A stretch of DNA of 64,000 nucleotides from a virus: positions 64,001-128,000 of IMG/VR virus record IMGVR_UViG_3300031951_000017; one strand, 5' to 3'. The position numbers were made by a program, and so were the translations under genes. Shown here one piece after another: positions 40,564-50,845 of the stretch. A model generated the notes under the pieces. The model was not told the DNA's origin. It saw only the letters and a program-made list of their open reading frames with translations, and searched no databases. Every line of letters begins with the position of its first letter. The first letter of the stretch is position 1.

Positions 40564-42918
40564 TTATTGTGGACAAACTCCACCAATACAAGCCCCGTAA
40601 AAAGCCACTGCCATATTAGCCGTTAATCCGCTTATATTACCAACTTTACAATATTTTGGAGTTCCGCTATTTGCCGGAACTACTTCATTTTTGGTATTTC
40701 CATTACATTGCGTAAATGTAATAACACCTGTAGTTTGTCCAGTGTTGACAACTTTAAAACATAAACAATTACTTGTTGGTGTCACGGTTGGTACTGGATT
40801 AAAAGATTGTGTAGGTGTTATAGTCCTTGTTGGTGTTGGAGTACTTGTTCTTGTCGCTGTGGGTGTTGGTGTTAATGCACATTGATTATTTACACATAAC
40901 CCTAAAGTTTGTTTTATAATTCCTGACACATTTGGTACACTACTAGCACAGAAATTAGAAGTTGTGGTATTGGCACCAACTACAATATTAGTGCTTTGAT
41001 TTGAACAATTGGTATAAGTTACTACTATCGCACTTGTTGTTGTATTTTGTAAACGATGACACAAACAATTATATGTTGGTGTTGGTGTACTTGTTCTAGT
41101 TGGTGTTGGTGTGCTTGTTCTAGTTGGTGTTGGACTTCCTGTCCTTGTTGGAGTATTTGTTAAGGTTGGGGTTATTCCAGGTGTTGTAGTTCTAGTTGGG
41201 GTATTCGTTAAAGTTGGGGTTGCCGTTCTAGTTGGGGTCGCTGTTCTAGTTGGAGTTGCCGTTCTAGTTGGAGTTGCCGTTCTAGTCAATGTTGGTGTTG
41301 GTGTTGGTGCTGGTGAACAATTTCCGTTTACACAAGTCCCGACATATAATACTTGGAGTCCTGTAGTAACTACTGGTAGTTGTCTAGCACAGAAATTATT
41401 ACTAAATGAATTTGGTAATACAAAAGTATTAGATGCCCCTCCATTACACCCTAAATAAGAAAAAGTTTTTGTGGTTACGGTATTGTTCCTCACACGATAA
41501 CAAATACAGACGTTTGTAGGTGTTAAAGTAGGTGTTCTTGATGGTGTTGAGGTATTTGTTGGTGTTAATCCAAATGTATTTGTCGGGGTTACAGTTCTAG
41601 TTAGCGTTGGTGTTGGTGTCGGATATAGTTGACAAGAATTATTTAAACAAGAGCCCACCGTATTAATTATAATACCTGACATATTTTGTACAGATTTCGC
41701 ACAAAAATTATTACTTGTAAAATTAGATGGTACTATGATTGTTGTTAAAACATTATTACAATTGGTATATGTGACATTTTTTGTTGTTGTTGTCGTATTT
41801 TGTAAATTATAACATAAACAACTATTGGTACTTGTTGGAGTTGCGGTTCTAGTTGGAGTTGCGGTTAATGTTGGTGTAGTTGTTTTTGTCGGTGTAGGTG
41901 TAGGTGTCTTAGTTACAGTAGGTGTTGCACTTGCGGTTCTAGTTGGAGTAACTGTTTTAGTCGGAGTTACCGTTGGTGTTAAGGTTTTGGTGCTAGTTAC
42001 CGTTGGTGTTGGGGTTACAAATACAGGAATGTCTTTAACTTGTTGGTATCCATATATCATATAACCCTTTAGCTCTATATTACTTTTTGCGGGAGACACC
42101 CAATTATCGTAAGCATTTTTAAAATTTAGATATGCCTGTTCAAATCCAAACTCCTCAAAGTATGAGTGCATATATGAAGTTCCACCATGATAAATTATTA
42201 TTATTTCAACATTCCTATTTGACCCTGATGCCGCATAACCTAATAATTCTAATTCTTCATCAATTGTGGTTAATCCATAATTTGTGGTTGCCGTAAATTG
42301 ATTGGTTGTTATGTAACAAGTTAACAAAATCCTATCTGTTCTATTAACTAAAAACGTGGAAATTTGTGATGGGGTATAAGCCGAAGTCTCATCCCTTATC
42401 AGTCCAATATAAGCATCAAAAGTAACATTAGTACCTGATGTAACTGCAGACACTTGTAACATTTCATCCCTATATGTTAAAAACGGAACTGTCCCAACAT
42501 TATCAGGATAATTCCAAAATTCATTCTCTAAATTAAATACATTAAAAGTTTCTGCCGAACTAGTACAACCCGTATTAAAGAAATAACGTGAATTATTTCC
42601 AGTTGTTCCAGTACCAACCAAAGTATTACTACTACCCCCAATACCACCAACTTCCAATACTCCCGATTCTCTAACAGAAACGTTATAAGCCCTAACATTT
42701 GTACGACCTGAACTACTAGCTAATATGGGTGTTAAATCATAAAAATATAACGCATTAAAACCAAAATATTCTGTGAATATTTTTAAATTATTTTTTTCTG
42801 AACCATTATTAATTATTGTATCATAGTCATTTACATATAACCCTTTGAACTGAATCAATGGGGTACTAGATGGTGTTGGTGTTAGGGGTATTGTTCCCGT
42901 CGGGAGTGGAGTTGACAT
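40564..42918 (-). CDS. Putative glycoside-hydrolase-like TIM-barrel domain plus four Cys-rich repeats separated by TP linkers
   Basis: KGLYV, LYFYDL, NLENEFWN; four C.C(Y/H/F)..NT...(Y/F)..C...(F/Y)C...G.C...C units; TPTRTA repeats. Confidence 0.6.
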   Translation of the reverse strand: MSTPLPTGTIPLTPTPSSTPLIQFKGLYVNDYDTIINNGSEKNNLKIFTEYFGFNALYFYDLTPILASSSGRTNVRAYNVSVRESGVLEVGGIGGSSNTLVGTGTTGNNSRYFFNTGCTSSAETFNVFNLENEFWNYPDNVGTVPFLTYRDEMLQVSAVTSGTNVTFDAYIGLIRDETSAYTPSQISTFLVNRTDRILLTCYITTNQFTATTNYGLTTIDEELELLGYAASGSNRNVEIIIIYHGGTSYMHSYFEEFGFEQAYLNFKNAYDNWVSPAKSNIELKGYMIYGYQQVKDIPVFVTPTPTVTSTKTLTPTVTPTKTVTPTRTASATPTVTKTPTPTPTKTTTPTLTATPTRTATPTSTNSCLCYNLQNTTTTTKNVTYTNCNNVLTTIIVPSNFTSNNFCAKSVQNMSGIIINTVGSCLNNSCQLYPTPTPTLTRTVTPTNTFGLTPTNTSTPSRTPTLTPTNVCICYRVRNNTVTTKTFSYLGCNGGASNTFVLPNSFSNNFCARQLPVVTTGLQVLYVGTCVNGNCSPAPTPTPTLTRTATPTRTATPTRTATPTRTATPTLTNTPTRTTTPGITPTLTNTPTRTGSPTPTRTSTPTPTRTSTPTPTYNCLCHRLQNTTTSAIVVTYTNCSNQSTNIVVGANTTTSNFCASSVPNVSGIIKQTLGLCVNNQCALTPTPTATRTSTPTPTRTITPTQSFNPVPTVTPTSNCLCFKVVNTGQTTGVITFTQCNGNTKNEVVPANSGTPKYCKVGNISGLTANMAVAFYGACIGGVCPQ

Positions 42919-42920
42919 TT

Positions 42921-44735
42921 TTAATCTTTAAGCAATTTATTTAGTTTATTTTCCATTTCAGTTAACGAGTCACTACTTTTATCAAAATTAAAATAATCAT
43001 CATCCATTGTTTCTAGTAAGATGTTTAATTGTTTTTCCTTTGACTCGGGTGTAATTCCTGCTGGTTCTGCCGCTGGTTCAGGTGTAGGTTCTGCCGCTGG
43101 TTCACCTAATCCCCCTCCTAAATCACCACTAGGCATTCCGCCTCCTCCAGCTTCACCACCTCCAGCTTCAGGTGTTGTAGTAGTCCCACTTGTTGACCCA
43201 TACAACTTGTCAATATTATCAAATAATCCTGTATGTTTTATAACCTCAGCAGTTGCCGCTAACTCACCCGCAACGGCTTTCTCAACACGTTGTTGTTGGA
43301 TATCAAGTTTAATTTCTTCATCAGAAAACCCAAGGATATTTTTTTTAGCCCAAGATACTGAGGTCGGTGCTATACCTTCAATTGGTGTGACCGCATCTTT
43401 ATACAATACAACTTTTTCTTTCCAAATGTCAATTTTTAACAAGTCTGCCTGAGAAGATGGGTTGGTTAACATTAAATTAAAATTGTTAAGTTCATCTTCA
43501 AACCCTAATAAGAACAAATGGATAATTGCAATTTTATTTAATTCTGCCAATACACACTTTTGAATTCTATTGATAGTTCTAGCGAAACGAATATCTAGTA
43601 ATGAAAGGTTTTTACCATCCCCAACCACTTCCTCAAACCCTAAAAATGCTTTAGGTACACGAAGTGCAGTAAGTAGTTTCTTTTGGATGTATTCAATATC
43701 TGCAATCTCAGATAGGTTTGTAGCTCCGGGTAATGTGTCAATTGGATTTGGTGCCGCTGGGTCTCTAACAGGAATAAAATAATCTTGGTCAACCGCCATT
43801 TGATTAAACCTCATATCCACATTACCCGTTTTATTATCAACAACTTGAGACCTTTTAAATTTATTGGCAACTCTTTGTACATATGGTTCAATATCTTTGT
43901 CATCCATATTACCCACAAATACTTTAAATACTCTTCTCTCAGGTGCTCTAGATGTTCTGTAAATTAACATTGCATCTTCAGACAATAATAATTGTTTCCA
44001 AATACGTCTCGCTTTTTCTAACATCGATGTACCATAAGGAAGTTTTCTATCATCACCTAACAATCTAAAATGTGCAATTTCCCAAGTATTGAATTCCATT
44101 TCTTTATTTTTCCAAACAAACTTTAAACCATTTGTCTCTACGTCAGCATTATCCAAATTAGATTTTCCCTTCATTCCTCTTTCAATCCTTTCGATTTCAA
44201 TGTTAGGTAGTTGTGAACACCCAACGACACCCTTTTCAGGGTCTAATCGTAAGTAAACAAAGTTATCACCATACTTACAAACATTTCTTATCCACATAGG
44301 TAAGTTAGTATTGACATCCAATGCATTATTGAACAAATCAGTTAATACTGATTTAATCCTTTTAGACTCAGAATATATTTGTAACATATGACCATTTTGG
44401 TCAGGGGTTGTGGATTCTTCAGCATAAATGTCTAAAGATGCCGAAATTTCAGGAGTATATTCCATAGATTCATAATCATAATATGATGCCAATCTAGTGG
44501 GTTCAAAATATACTCCTTGAGTATATAAATTATTTTCAATTTTAGCCCACTGGTTAGCGAGATAAAATGTTTGTTGTGCTTGTAGTTTTGCTAAATCATA
44601 TTCACCTTTTGACGTGGTTTTTAGTAATTCTTTTTTATCAAATTTGTAGACTGGATAGTCTTGACCTAATAAAGAATTTGGACCGAATGTCTGCGATAAT
44701 CTTTGCCAAACTGTTAATTTTTGATTATTTTCCAT
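42921..44735 (-). CDS. gp20: Portal protein (T4 gp20-like)
   Basis: EDAMLIYR.SRAPERRVFKV.VGN, DYFIP, IDTLPG, ALRVP, RFARTI.RIQ. Confidence 0.95.
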   Translation of the reverse strand: MENNQKLTVWQRLSQTFGPNSLLGQDYPVYKFDKKELLKTTSKGEYDLAKLQAQQTFYLANQWAKIENNLYTQGVYFEPTRLASYYDYESMEYTPEISASLDIYAEESTTPDQNGHMLQIYSESKRIKSVLTDLFNNALDVNTNLPMWIRNVCKYGDNFVYLRLDPEKGVVGCSQLPNIEIERIERGMKGKSNLDNADVETNGLKFVWKNKEMEFNTWEIAHFRLLGDDRKLPYGTSMLEKARRIWKQLLLSEDAMLIYRTSRAPERRVFKVFVGNMDDKDIEPYVQRVANKFKRSQVVDNKTGNVDMRFNQMAVDQDYFIPVRDPAAPNPIDTLPGATNLSEIADIEYIQKKLLTALRVPKAFLGFEEVVGDGKNLSLLDIRFARTINRIQKCVLAELNKIAIIHLFLLGFEDELNNFNLMLTNPSSQADLLKIDIWKEKVVLYKDAVTPIEGIAPTSVSWAKKNILGFSDEEIKLDIQQQRVEKAVAGELAATAEVIKHTGLFDNIDKLYGSTSGTTTTPEAGGGEAGGGGMPSGDLGGGLGEPAAEPTPEPAAEPAGITPESKEKQLNILLETMDDDYFNFDKSSDSLTEMENKLNKLLKD

Positions 44736-44772
44736 ATTAAAATTTAACCCTATTCATTTTTTTATAAATACA

Positions 44773-46530
44773 TCATCTTCTACTTCCAAACAACCAACCA
44801 TATTTTGCGTAGTCTTCTCTTGAAAACTCCATAGGGTGGTTTTGTCCTCCAACAACATACGAAGGGACGTATGTATTTTGGTTTATACTTTTTGATACAT
44901 TTTCATTCTCGGCAACTGACCAAGACTCTAACATAGTTTTTGCTTGCTCTGTAACTTTGGTTAAAGAAGAAAATGAATTTTCACCAACGTAACAAGCAAT
45001 TGCGATTGACATAATTAGGTCATCGTGTTGTCCTTTTTGGTGGTCAGGTCTTCCATTAACATAAACAAAAGTATTCATCTCGTTTAACAATCTTGATGAA
45101 TATACCTTAAACCCGTGTCTTAAATATTCCTCATATGCCGCAATTATTTGAACTCGTTTATTATTGAAGTTAATTCCTGGTATTTTTTCATTCATTTTTG
45201 GGTCATATTTCCATCTATTTGTCGAATCTAATCCATCAATATATAAATTTTTATAACCCAATTCTTGTAATTTTCTTGACGTAGTGACACCCATACCTCC
45301 TGTAATATCAACAACAATAAATGCTGAATACATAGTTCCCCATTTATAACATAGTTCCGCCAAAGTGTCAGGTGGAAGTTTTCCAATATATTCAGCAACT
45401 TGTTCCCTTGTTTCAAAATCAATAATTTGAAACGTAGAATAGTCTTCACTATCGCCACGACTTACGTCAACTCCCATAATATACCTATGACCTTCAAGTG
45501 GGTCTTTCCATATCCATAATCCACCACTAACCATCTTACCTTGTGGTTCTCTAACCATATTGGCTCTAATGTCTTCAGTAAGTCTACTATCAAATACGTT
45601 ATCACCAGAACCTAAAAAAGCACATTCTAATTCCTGATTAACTTTACGTTTGTCGTATTTAAGTTTTTTAACCATTTTCTCATACCAAGATGAGGTTGGT
45701 TTGTAACCTTGACCAATTAAAGAATTAACTTCAACATAGTCTTTAACTTTGTCTGAAAAATCAATTACTTCATCATTTAAATGTTCCTCACGATTTAAAA
45801 AATAATGAATGATGTCATCACATTTAACTAATTGTAGGTCTTTATTATATCTTGGGTCCTTATACCAAACCATTGGGGAGATTTTAAAATCGTTCATCCC
45901 TTTTTGTGCTTGGTCAAAAATTTCATAGTATATTGGGTCATAACCATTTGGGGTTGAAATGACTATTACCTTACCTCCTGTTGATAAAGATGCCATACAA
46001 GCTGCCCAAAAGTCACCATCTGCCTCGATATATGCTGCCTCGTCAAACACCAATATTGTTGGTGTGTAACCACGTAAGGCATCGGTGGATGTTGCTACGG
46101 CTTTAACCTCACATCCATTTGTTAATTTAAAGTGTCTTTGTGAATTTTTTTCAGCAGAAAATGTAACCCCTACCCATTTTGGCCATTGTTCGGTGAAACC
46201 ACGAACTTTGTTAGCCATCTCAACGGCAGTATCTAATTTGTTTGCAATAATAAGAACCTTTTCAGGTTTATTCTTTTTGGCAAATACTAATTTCTTTGAT
46301 GCCCATGCGGCAGTTACTGTTGACACACCTGCCTGACGATACTTTAACGCAATATTTTCATTAAAGTTTTCATAATCCTCAACAAGTGTTATTTGGTCAG
46401 GAAATAATTCTAGTGGAACATACTGAGAAACAGTATTATCATAAGTTTGTAGATAAGTTTTTAAGGCGTATGGAGTGTCCTTCATACACCTTGTGTACTC
46501 AATTATTAATTCTTCTTTTGTCATTGCCAT
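44773..46530 (-). CDS. gp17: Terminase large subunit (T4 gp17-like)
   Basis: KYRQAGVST, LRG, VFDEAA, ISTPNG, GVDVSRG, HDDLIM. Confidence 0.95.
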   Translation of the reverse strand: MAMTKEELIIEYTRCMKDTPYALKTYLQTYDNTVSQYVPLELFPDQITLVEDYENFNENIALKYRQAGVSTVTAAWASKKLVFAKKNKPEKVLIIANKLDTAVEMANKVRGFTEQWPKWVGVTFSAEKNSQRHFKLTNGCEVKAVATSTDALRGYTPTILVFDEAAYIEADGDFWAACMASLSTGGKVIVISTPNGYDPIYYEIFDQAQKGMNDFKISPMVWYKDPRYNKDLQLVKCDDIIHYFLNREEHLNDEVIDFSDKVKDYVEVNSLIGQGYKPTSSWYEKMVKKLKYDKRKVNQELECAFLGSGDNVFDSRLTEDIRANMVREPQGKMVSGGLWIWKDPLEGHRYIMGVDVSRGDSEDYSTFQIIDFETREQVAEYIGKLPPDTLAELCYKWGTMYSAFIVVDITGGMGVTTSRKLQELGYKNLYIDGLDSTNRWKYDPKMNEKIPGINFNNKRVQIIAAYEEYLRHGFKVYSSRLLNEMNTFVYVNGRPDHQKGQHDDLIMSIAIACYVGENSFSSLTKVTEQAKTMLESWSVAENENVSKSINQNTYVPSYVVGGQNHPMEFSREDYAKYGWLFGSRR

Positions 46531-46559
46531 ATCTGATAAATACCTAGATATGGCAATGA
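46521..46559 (-). promoter_or_regulatory. 14-bp hairpin covering the terminase start codon, with TATTTAT in its loop
   Basis: Perfect inverted repeat TCATTGCCATATCT / AGATATGGCAATGA with an 11-nt loop. Confidence 0.8.
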
Positions 46560-46562
46560 AAT

Positions 46563-47879
46563 TTAGTCATCAGATAAATCAATACCTAAACTATCCAAAA
46601 ACCCTGAGATATCATCGTCACCCGGTTTAATATTTTTCGATTGTTTGTATTCTTCATATTGTTGTAACATATCCATAGCATCTCTTACAATCTCTTTCAT
46701 TTCCAATTTAGCTTTACTAATATCTTTTGGGTCATCGGAAATCACCAAAGACATTAAATTGAGGAATTCTTTTGGTTTTTTTGAATATAACAATTTTTTA
46801 AACCAAGGATTAACTTTTGAATTTTCCAATGCTTCTATTGGTAATACATTCCTTAAAGCATCCACAACTTCAGGTCCAATACGGATTTGCATAATTTCAT
46901 TCTCAAACGTATCAGTTTGACCATATACTTCACCAGCATAACCTGGTTCAGTTTCTCTAAATTGTTCTCTTGTTGGAGCTTCTTCAATACCCTTAATAAT
47001 TTCGTGTACTAATATTGGGAAAATGATTCCTTGTGCTACGATTTTTGTATCAGGAGCATCTTCATCAGGTTCTCCTCCACCCATTTCATCATTTTCTTCT
47101 TCGTCAGCATCTTCTAAATTAACACTACCCGCAACACCTTGTCCTGTTTGAGTCGCCATTTCAATGAAATCCTCCATAGTAAAATAAGAGATATCCAACA
47201 TGGTCATTAATTTTGAGTACAATGATGCAAGTTGTGGACTTTTTCTATCTAACTGAGATTTAATTGATGGGTCTTCAAAATAGTAATGACCTTTTTTAGC
47301 TTCACCTTGGGTAATTGCATTTGCCAAATTTCTCATCTGAACGTGTTGTTGGAATTCCTCTTCCTCTGTTGGGAAATCAGGGTCAAATGCTTGTTCTCCA
47401 TATTTTTCAAAATCAGGAACATTTTTTCGTTCCTTTCTTTTTTTTGGTCCCATTTGGAAATTTGGTGCGGAAAAATCGGTTTCTTCTTGTCCTAATGATA
47501 GTTCATACTGAAACCAATCTTTATCAATACCAGTTTTTTCAGCCGCAACTCTTAATGCCAAATCTTTAAGATATTTTTTATGAGGTGACTCTAACCTCAT
47601 AATTTCTTTAACTAAAGAATACATAGACATAAACAAAGTACGAATTTCTTCGATACTACCTAATGATTCTTTACCATGTGCTTGTCTTGCTTTTCTAACA
47701 ATGTTCTCAAATCTTTTTGATGACATTCTTTCGACATCTGCAACCCCTCTTTTTAAAGCGGGATTTTTAGCAAATAAACTTTCAGGTGAACCTAATTTTC
47801 TTTCAGTCCTTGGGTCCATCCTTTCAGGAAACCCTTCAGGATAACTTATTGGTGCCTCTCTTAAATTTCTCTTTGCCAT
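46563..47879 (-). CDS. Hypothetical head-module protein
   Basis: MAKRNLRE/A leader; PILVHEIIKGIEE (HE motif, not a full HExxH). Confidence 0.55.
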   Translation of the reverse strand: MAKRNLREAPISYPEGFPERMDPRTERKLGSPESLFAKNPALKRGVADVERMSSKRFENIVRKARQAHGKESLGSIEEIRTLFMSMYSLVKEIMRLESPHKKYLKDLALRVAAEKTGIDKDWFQYELSLGQEETDFSAPNFQMGPKKRKERKNVPDFEKYGEQAFDPDFPTEEEEFQQHVQMRNLANAITQGEAKKGHYYFEDPSIKSQLDRKSPQLASLYSKLMTMLDISYFTMEDFIEMATQTGQGVAGSVNLEDADEEENDEMGGGEPDEDAPDTKIVAQGIIFPILVHEIIKGIEEAPTREQFRETEPGYAGEVYGQTDTFENEIMQIRIGPEVVDALRNVLPIEALENSKVNPWFKKLLYSKKPKEFLNLMSLVISDDPKDISKAKLEMKEIVRDAMDMLQQYEEYKQSKNIKPGDDDISGFLDSLGIDLSDD

Positions 47880-47881
47880 TT

Positions 47882-48727
47882 TTATTTCTTTAAAATTTTG
47901 TTAATTGCCGACATAAATTCGTCTTTCTTTCTTTGCATTTGTGAATTAGAAACTTCTTTAGTTTCAATTTTTTTAGCCTTAGCTGGTGCCGGACCTTCAC
48001 CTGGTCTTGGATTTCTTCCAGGATGTGATGGTTTTGGTCTTGTTTCAGTTCCAGGTTTAACTTTTGGTTTAGCTGGAGCTGTCTCAGTTTCAGACATTTC
48101 ACTCTTACCATAAATGATACGACCAATTGGTTTATTCATCTTAGGTTTACCAATTAAATTAATAGTTGTTTCCATATCTTTTGATTTTGTTTCAAGCAAA
48201 GATACGAAATTTTTCTTAGTGATTCTACCTTGTATGTTATTTTTAATCAAGTTCTCAAATTTAGACTCAAGAATTGTCATATAAGGATTTTTACCCTCAT
48301 TAACATCTTGTTTAACTTGTTTAACACATCTTTCATATTTATTTTTTTGTTTTGCTGACCACTCACTTCTTTCAGTAGTTTTAAACTCTTTACCTAGTTG
48401 TGCTGTACAAATAGCCCAAGGGTTATATTTCGATTTCTTTTTCTTTTTACCCTCTGACATTTCACCATCTTTGATTACTTTGTTTTTAGGCGCTTCAGAT
48501 TTACCTGACTTTTGTAGTACTCTTACTCCACCACCAGGTGTTGGTGTTACTTCACCATTTGATACATTAACACCCTCACCTTTCTTTTGCATATCTGCAA
48601 CTTCAGATGCGGTATAATCAGTTATTTTAACAGTTTGAGTTTTAGTGGTGGCTTCTTGTAATAAAACATTAACAATCTTTTTTAAATCAGATTCGTTAAT
48701 TTTTAAAATATTTTTATTCTTTTTCAT
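47882..48727 (-). CDS. Basic multi-module putative internal head polyprotein
   Basis: INESDLKKIV.VLLQE/A leader; NPWAICT..KYERCV module; Pro-rich module shared with the scaffold. Confidence 0.6.
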   Translation of the reverse strand: MKKNKNILKINESDLKKIVNVLLQEATTKTQTVKITDYTASEVADMQKKGEGVNVSNGEVTPTPGGGVRVLQKSGKSEAPKNKVIKDGEMSEGKKKKKSKYNPWAICTAQLGKEFKTTERSEWSAKQKNKYERCVKQVKQDVNEGKNPYMTILESKFENLIKNNIQGRITKKNFVSLLETKSKDMETTINLIGKPKMNKPIGRIIYGKSEMSETETAPAKPKVKPGTETRPKPSHPGRNPRPGEGPAPAKAKKIETKEVSNSQMQRKKDEFMSAINKILKK

Positions 48728-49121
48728 AAACTAAATTTTTTTCAAATTCAAGGATTAGGTCTCGTTCATAAAGTTTATCTTCAACTTCTTTAAGGGTCAT
48801 TCCAAAATGAAAGACTAGTCTAGTTATTCTATCGAAATCTAAATCATCATCCATTTCCCAACCTAAAGCAATAACTTTATCTACAGCATCAAAAAAAGAA
48901 AAAAAATCAGAATTTTGAATCAATTCCATTTTTAATTTAGAATTCTTCAAAATACCGACTTTTTTTATATGTTCCAATTTTGGTGGTTTTGGGTATCCAT
49001 TTGCGGGTTTTGAGTCCCAATCTTCACCTTCACAATTTTTTTCATCACCAAAAATAAATTCATACATAAAGTTACCTTTATAGTCAGAACCTAATTGGTT
49101 TATGAAAATTAAATTATTCAC
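48714..49121 (-). CDS. Hypothetical protein
   Basis: 135 aa, overlapping both neighbours. Confidence 0.65.
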   Translation of the reverse strand: MNNLIFINQLGSDYKGNFMYEFIFGDEKNCEGEDWDSKPANGYPKPPKLEHIKKVGILKNSKLKMELIQNSDFFSFFDAVDKVIALGWEMDDDLDFDRITRLVFHFGMTLKEVEDKLYERDLILEFEKNLVYEKE

Positions 49122-50397
49122 TAATTTTACCAGATTTAGTAACTTTAATTTGTTTATTATTCATTTCAAATACTAAATTACCTTTATTAGTTTTCCCAAC
49201 AAATCTAACGTTATCGTTTTCGTCAAGTAACATAATACTTTTTTTCTCTTGTATTGCAGTTTCACAAAGACGAGAAATTTCATTCATAGTTTTATCTTTT
49301 ACCTTTTCTTGAATAAATTTCTTTTCTCGTTTGTCAACTTTAAAATATTTTGTTAAAATACTATCAACCTTTGATTCTGTAAACATACCATCCATAATTG
49401 ATTGTACTTTTTCTTTTGGACTATATCCCATACTTTTTTTCATCATTGTCCCAGCAACATCTGTTGCCATTCTTGATGCTAACTCTGGCCAACTACCTTC
49501 TTCCATTTCACTAGTATTATCTGTTGGTAAATCTGTTGGAACTTCAGGAATATCTTCGTCAGTAACGTCAACATCCATTTCATCACCCATGTCCATTGAC
49601 ATATCACCGATTTCCTCATCTTCAAATTTAGCAATAATATCATCCTTATCGTCTTGAGATAATTTGGTTAAATCAATTGCTGATAAAATTGTATTGATTA
49701 CGTATTTGATATCTTTGTCAGACAATTTATCTTCGTCTTGTAAATCTCTCATTTTTTGAGTTGCCTTACCAAGAAGTTTTTGTACTACTCTAAAAGAACC
49801 AGGGATATTTGAGTCTTCAGTGTCACCACTTTCTTCAGAACCCGTGTCATCCATAGGTGGAGTAGGGATTTCTTCAGAACCCATATCATCCATAGGTGGT
49901 GTCGGAATTTCTTCAGAACCCATATCATCCATAGGTGGGACAGGAGTTTCATCAGGACCCATATTATCCATAGGTGGGGCAGGAACATTCTCTACCTCAG
50001 GTAAGTTTTCGGATGGACTAAAATTTTTTTTTTGTTTTAATACATATTTTGTATCTTCCGAAAATAAAGATAAACCTTTTTCATTACCATAATTTTCATT
50101 AAGTTCTTTAGCAATGATATTTAATCTTTTAAGTGCTTGAGAATAAGAACTAAAATATTTTCTTTCTTGGATTGGTTCTCTATAATCAATCGTATTTTCA
50201 CTTACGGTTGATTTAATGATATAACCATTTTTTTCTCTTACAATATGGTAAGTGTTACCATCCGCTAATAATTTAGTATACTCTGAAGTATTTTCATTGA
50301 CGTTAGAATTATTTTTATAATTAGCTATTTCAATAATTCTCTTAATTTTGTCGTCTCCTTGAAGTTTCTCACTTCCTAACGGTCTTAAATCTGACAT
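49114..50397 (-). CDS. Acidic putative prohead core protein
   Basis: Acidic Met/Pro linker; VNE/N, LNE/N, FSE/D, FTE/S sites. Confidence 0.6.
   Translation of the reverse strand: MSDLRPLGSEKLQGDDKIKRIIEIANYKNNSNVNENTSEYTKLLADGNTYHIVREKNGYIIKSTVSENTIDYREPIQERKYFSSYSQALKRLNIIAKELNENYGNEKGLSLFSEDTKYVLKQKKNFSPSENLPEVENVPAPPMDNMGPDETPVPPMDDMGSEEIPTPPMDDMGSEEIPTPPMDDTGSEESGDTEDSNIPGSFRVVQKLLGKATQKMRDLQDEDKLSDKDIKYVINTILSAIDLTKLSQDDKDDIIAKFEDEEIGDMSMDMGDEMDVDVTDEDIPEVPTDLPTDNTSEMEEGSWPELASRMATDVAGTMMKKSMGYSPKEKVQSIMDGMFTESKVDSILTKYFKVDKREKKFIQEKVKDKTMNEISRLCETAIQEKKSIMLLDENDNVRFVGKTNKGNLVFEMNNKQIKVTKSGKISE
49830..49980 (-). repeat. 39-bp (13-aa) coding tandem repeat PPMDDMGSEEIPT, about 4 copies
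   Basis: Repeated CCATAGGTGG...TCTTCAGAACC units. Confidence 0.9.
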
Positions 50398-50412
50398 ATC
50401 TTTATTTTATTT

Positions 50413-50823
50413 TTACGAGTTTAATCCGTTAAATCCACCTAGGACTACGGAGTTCATTTGGATTACATCCACATTAGCATTATTTGTCCAAATAGCATGA
50501 TTAACAGTTTTGGCACTAACACCAACATTTTGATTCTCATCATTACATACTATTTGACAATATCTGTAATTTGTTCCTGCTGAAATAGTGTCCCTAGAAT
50601 TATCACATTCATTACAATCATCAAAAGGACCTGAGGCAAAAATTATTGATGATGAGGGTGTTGTACCTGTTGTTAATTTGGCACACCCACCAAACACACC
50701 ATTACTATATTGTTGTAATTGAGTGTAGTAGAATTTATCGAGAGTTAAACTCCCGTCAACTGCTTGATTTGAAACAATTACTTGCCCTGAATCACAACCT
50801 GAAAATGCGTAATATGTTGCCAT
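50413..50823 (-). CDS. Cys-rich small putative virion protein
   Basis: GPFDDCNEC motif; TATTTAT upstream. Confidence 0.55.
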   Translation of the reverse strand: MATYYAFSGCDSGQVIVSNQAVDGSLTLDKFYYTQLQQYSNGVFGGCAKLTTGTTPSSSIIFASGPFDDCNECDNSRDTISAGTNYRYCQIVCNDENQNVGVSAKTVNHAIWTNNANVDVIQMNSVVLGGFNGLNS

Positions 50824-50845
50824 TTATTTTTTCTTTATAAATATA

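Noticed and set aside
977-42064. Val/Gly-rich plus-strand ORFs (977, 40691, 41111, 41825)
   Set aside because: They are antisense shadows of TP-repeat coding regions
34679-46530. Introns, inteins or homing endonucleases in terminase, portal or MCP
   Set aside because: The ORFs are continuous, of plausible length, and show no splicing or endonuclease motifs
49830-49980. 39-bp repeats as a possible CRISPR array
   Set aside because: They are in-frame coding repeats with no unique spacers and no cas genes
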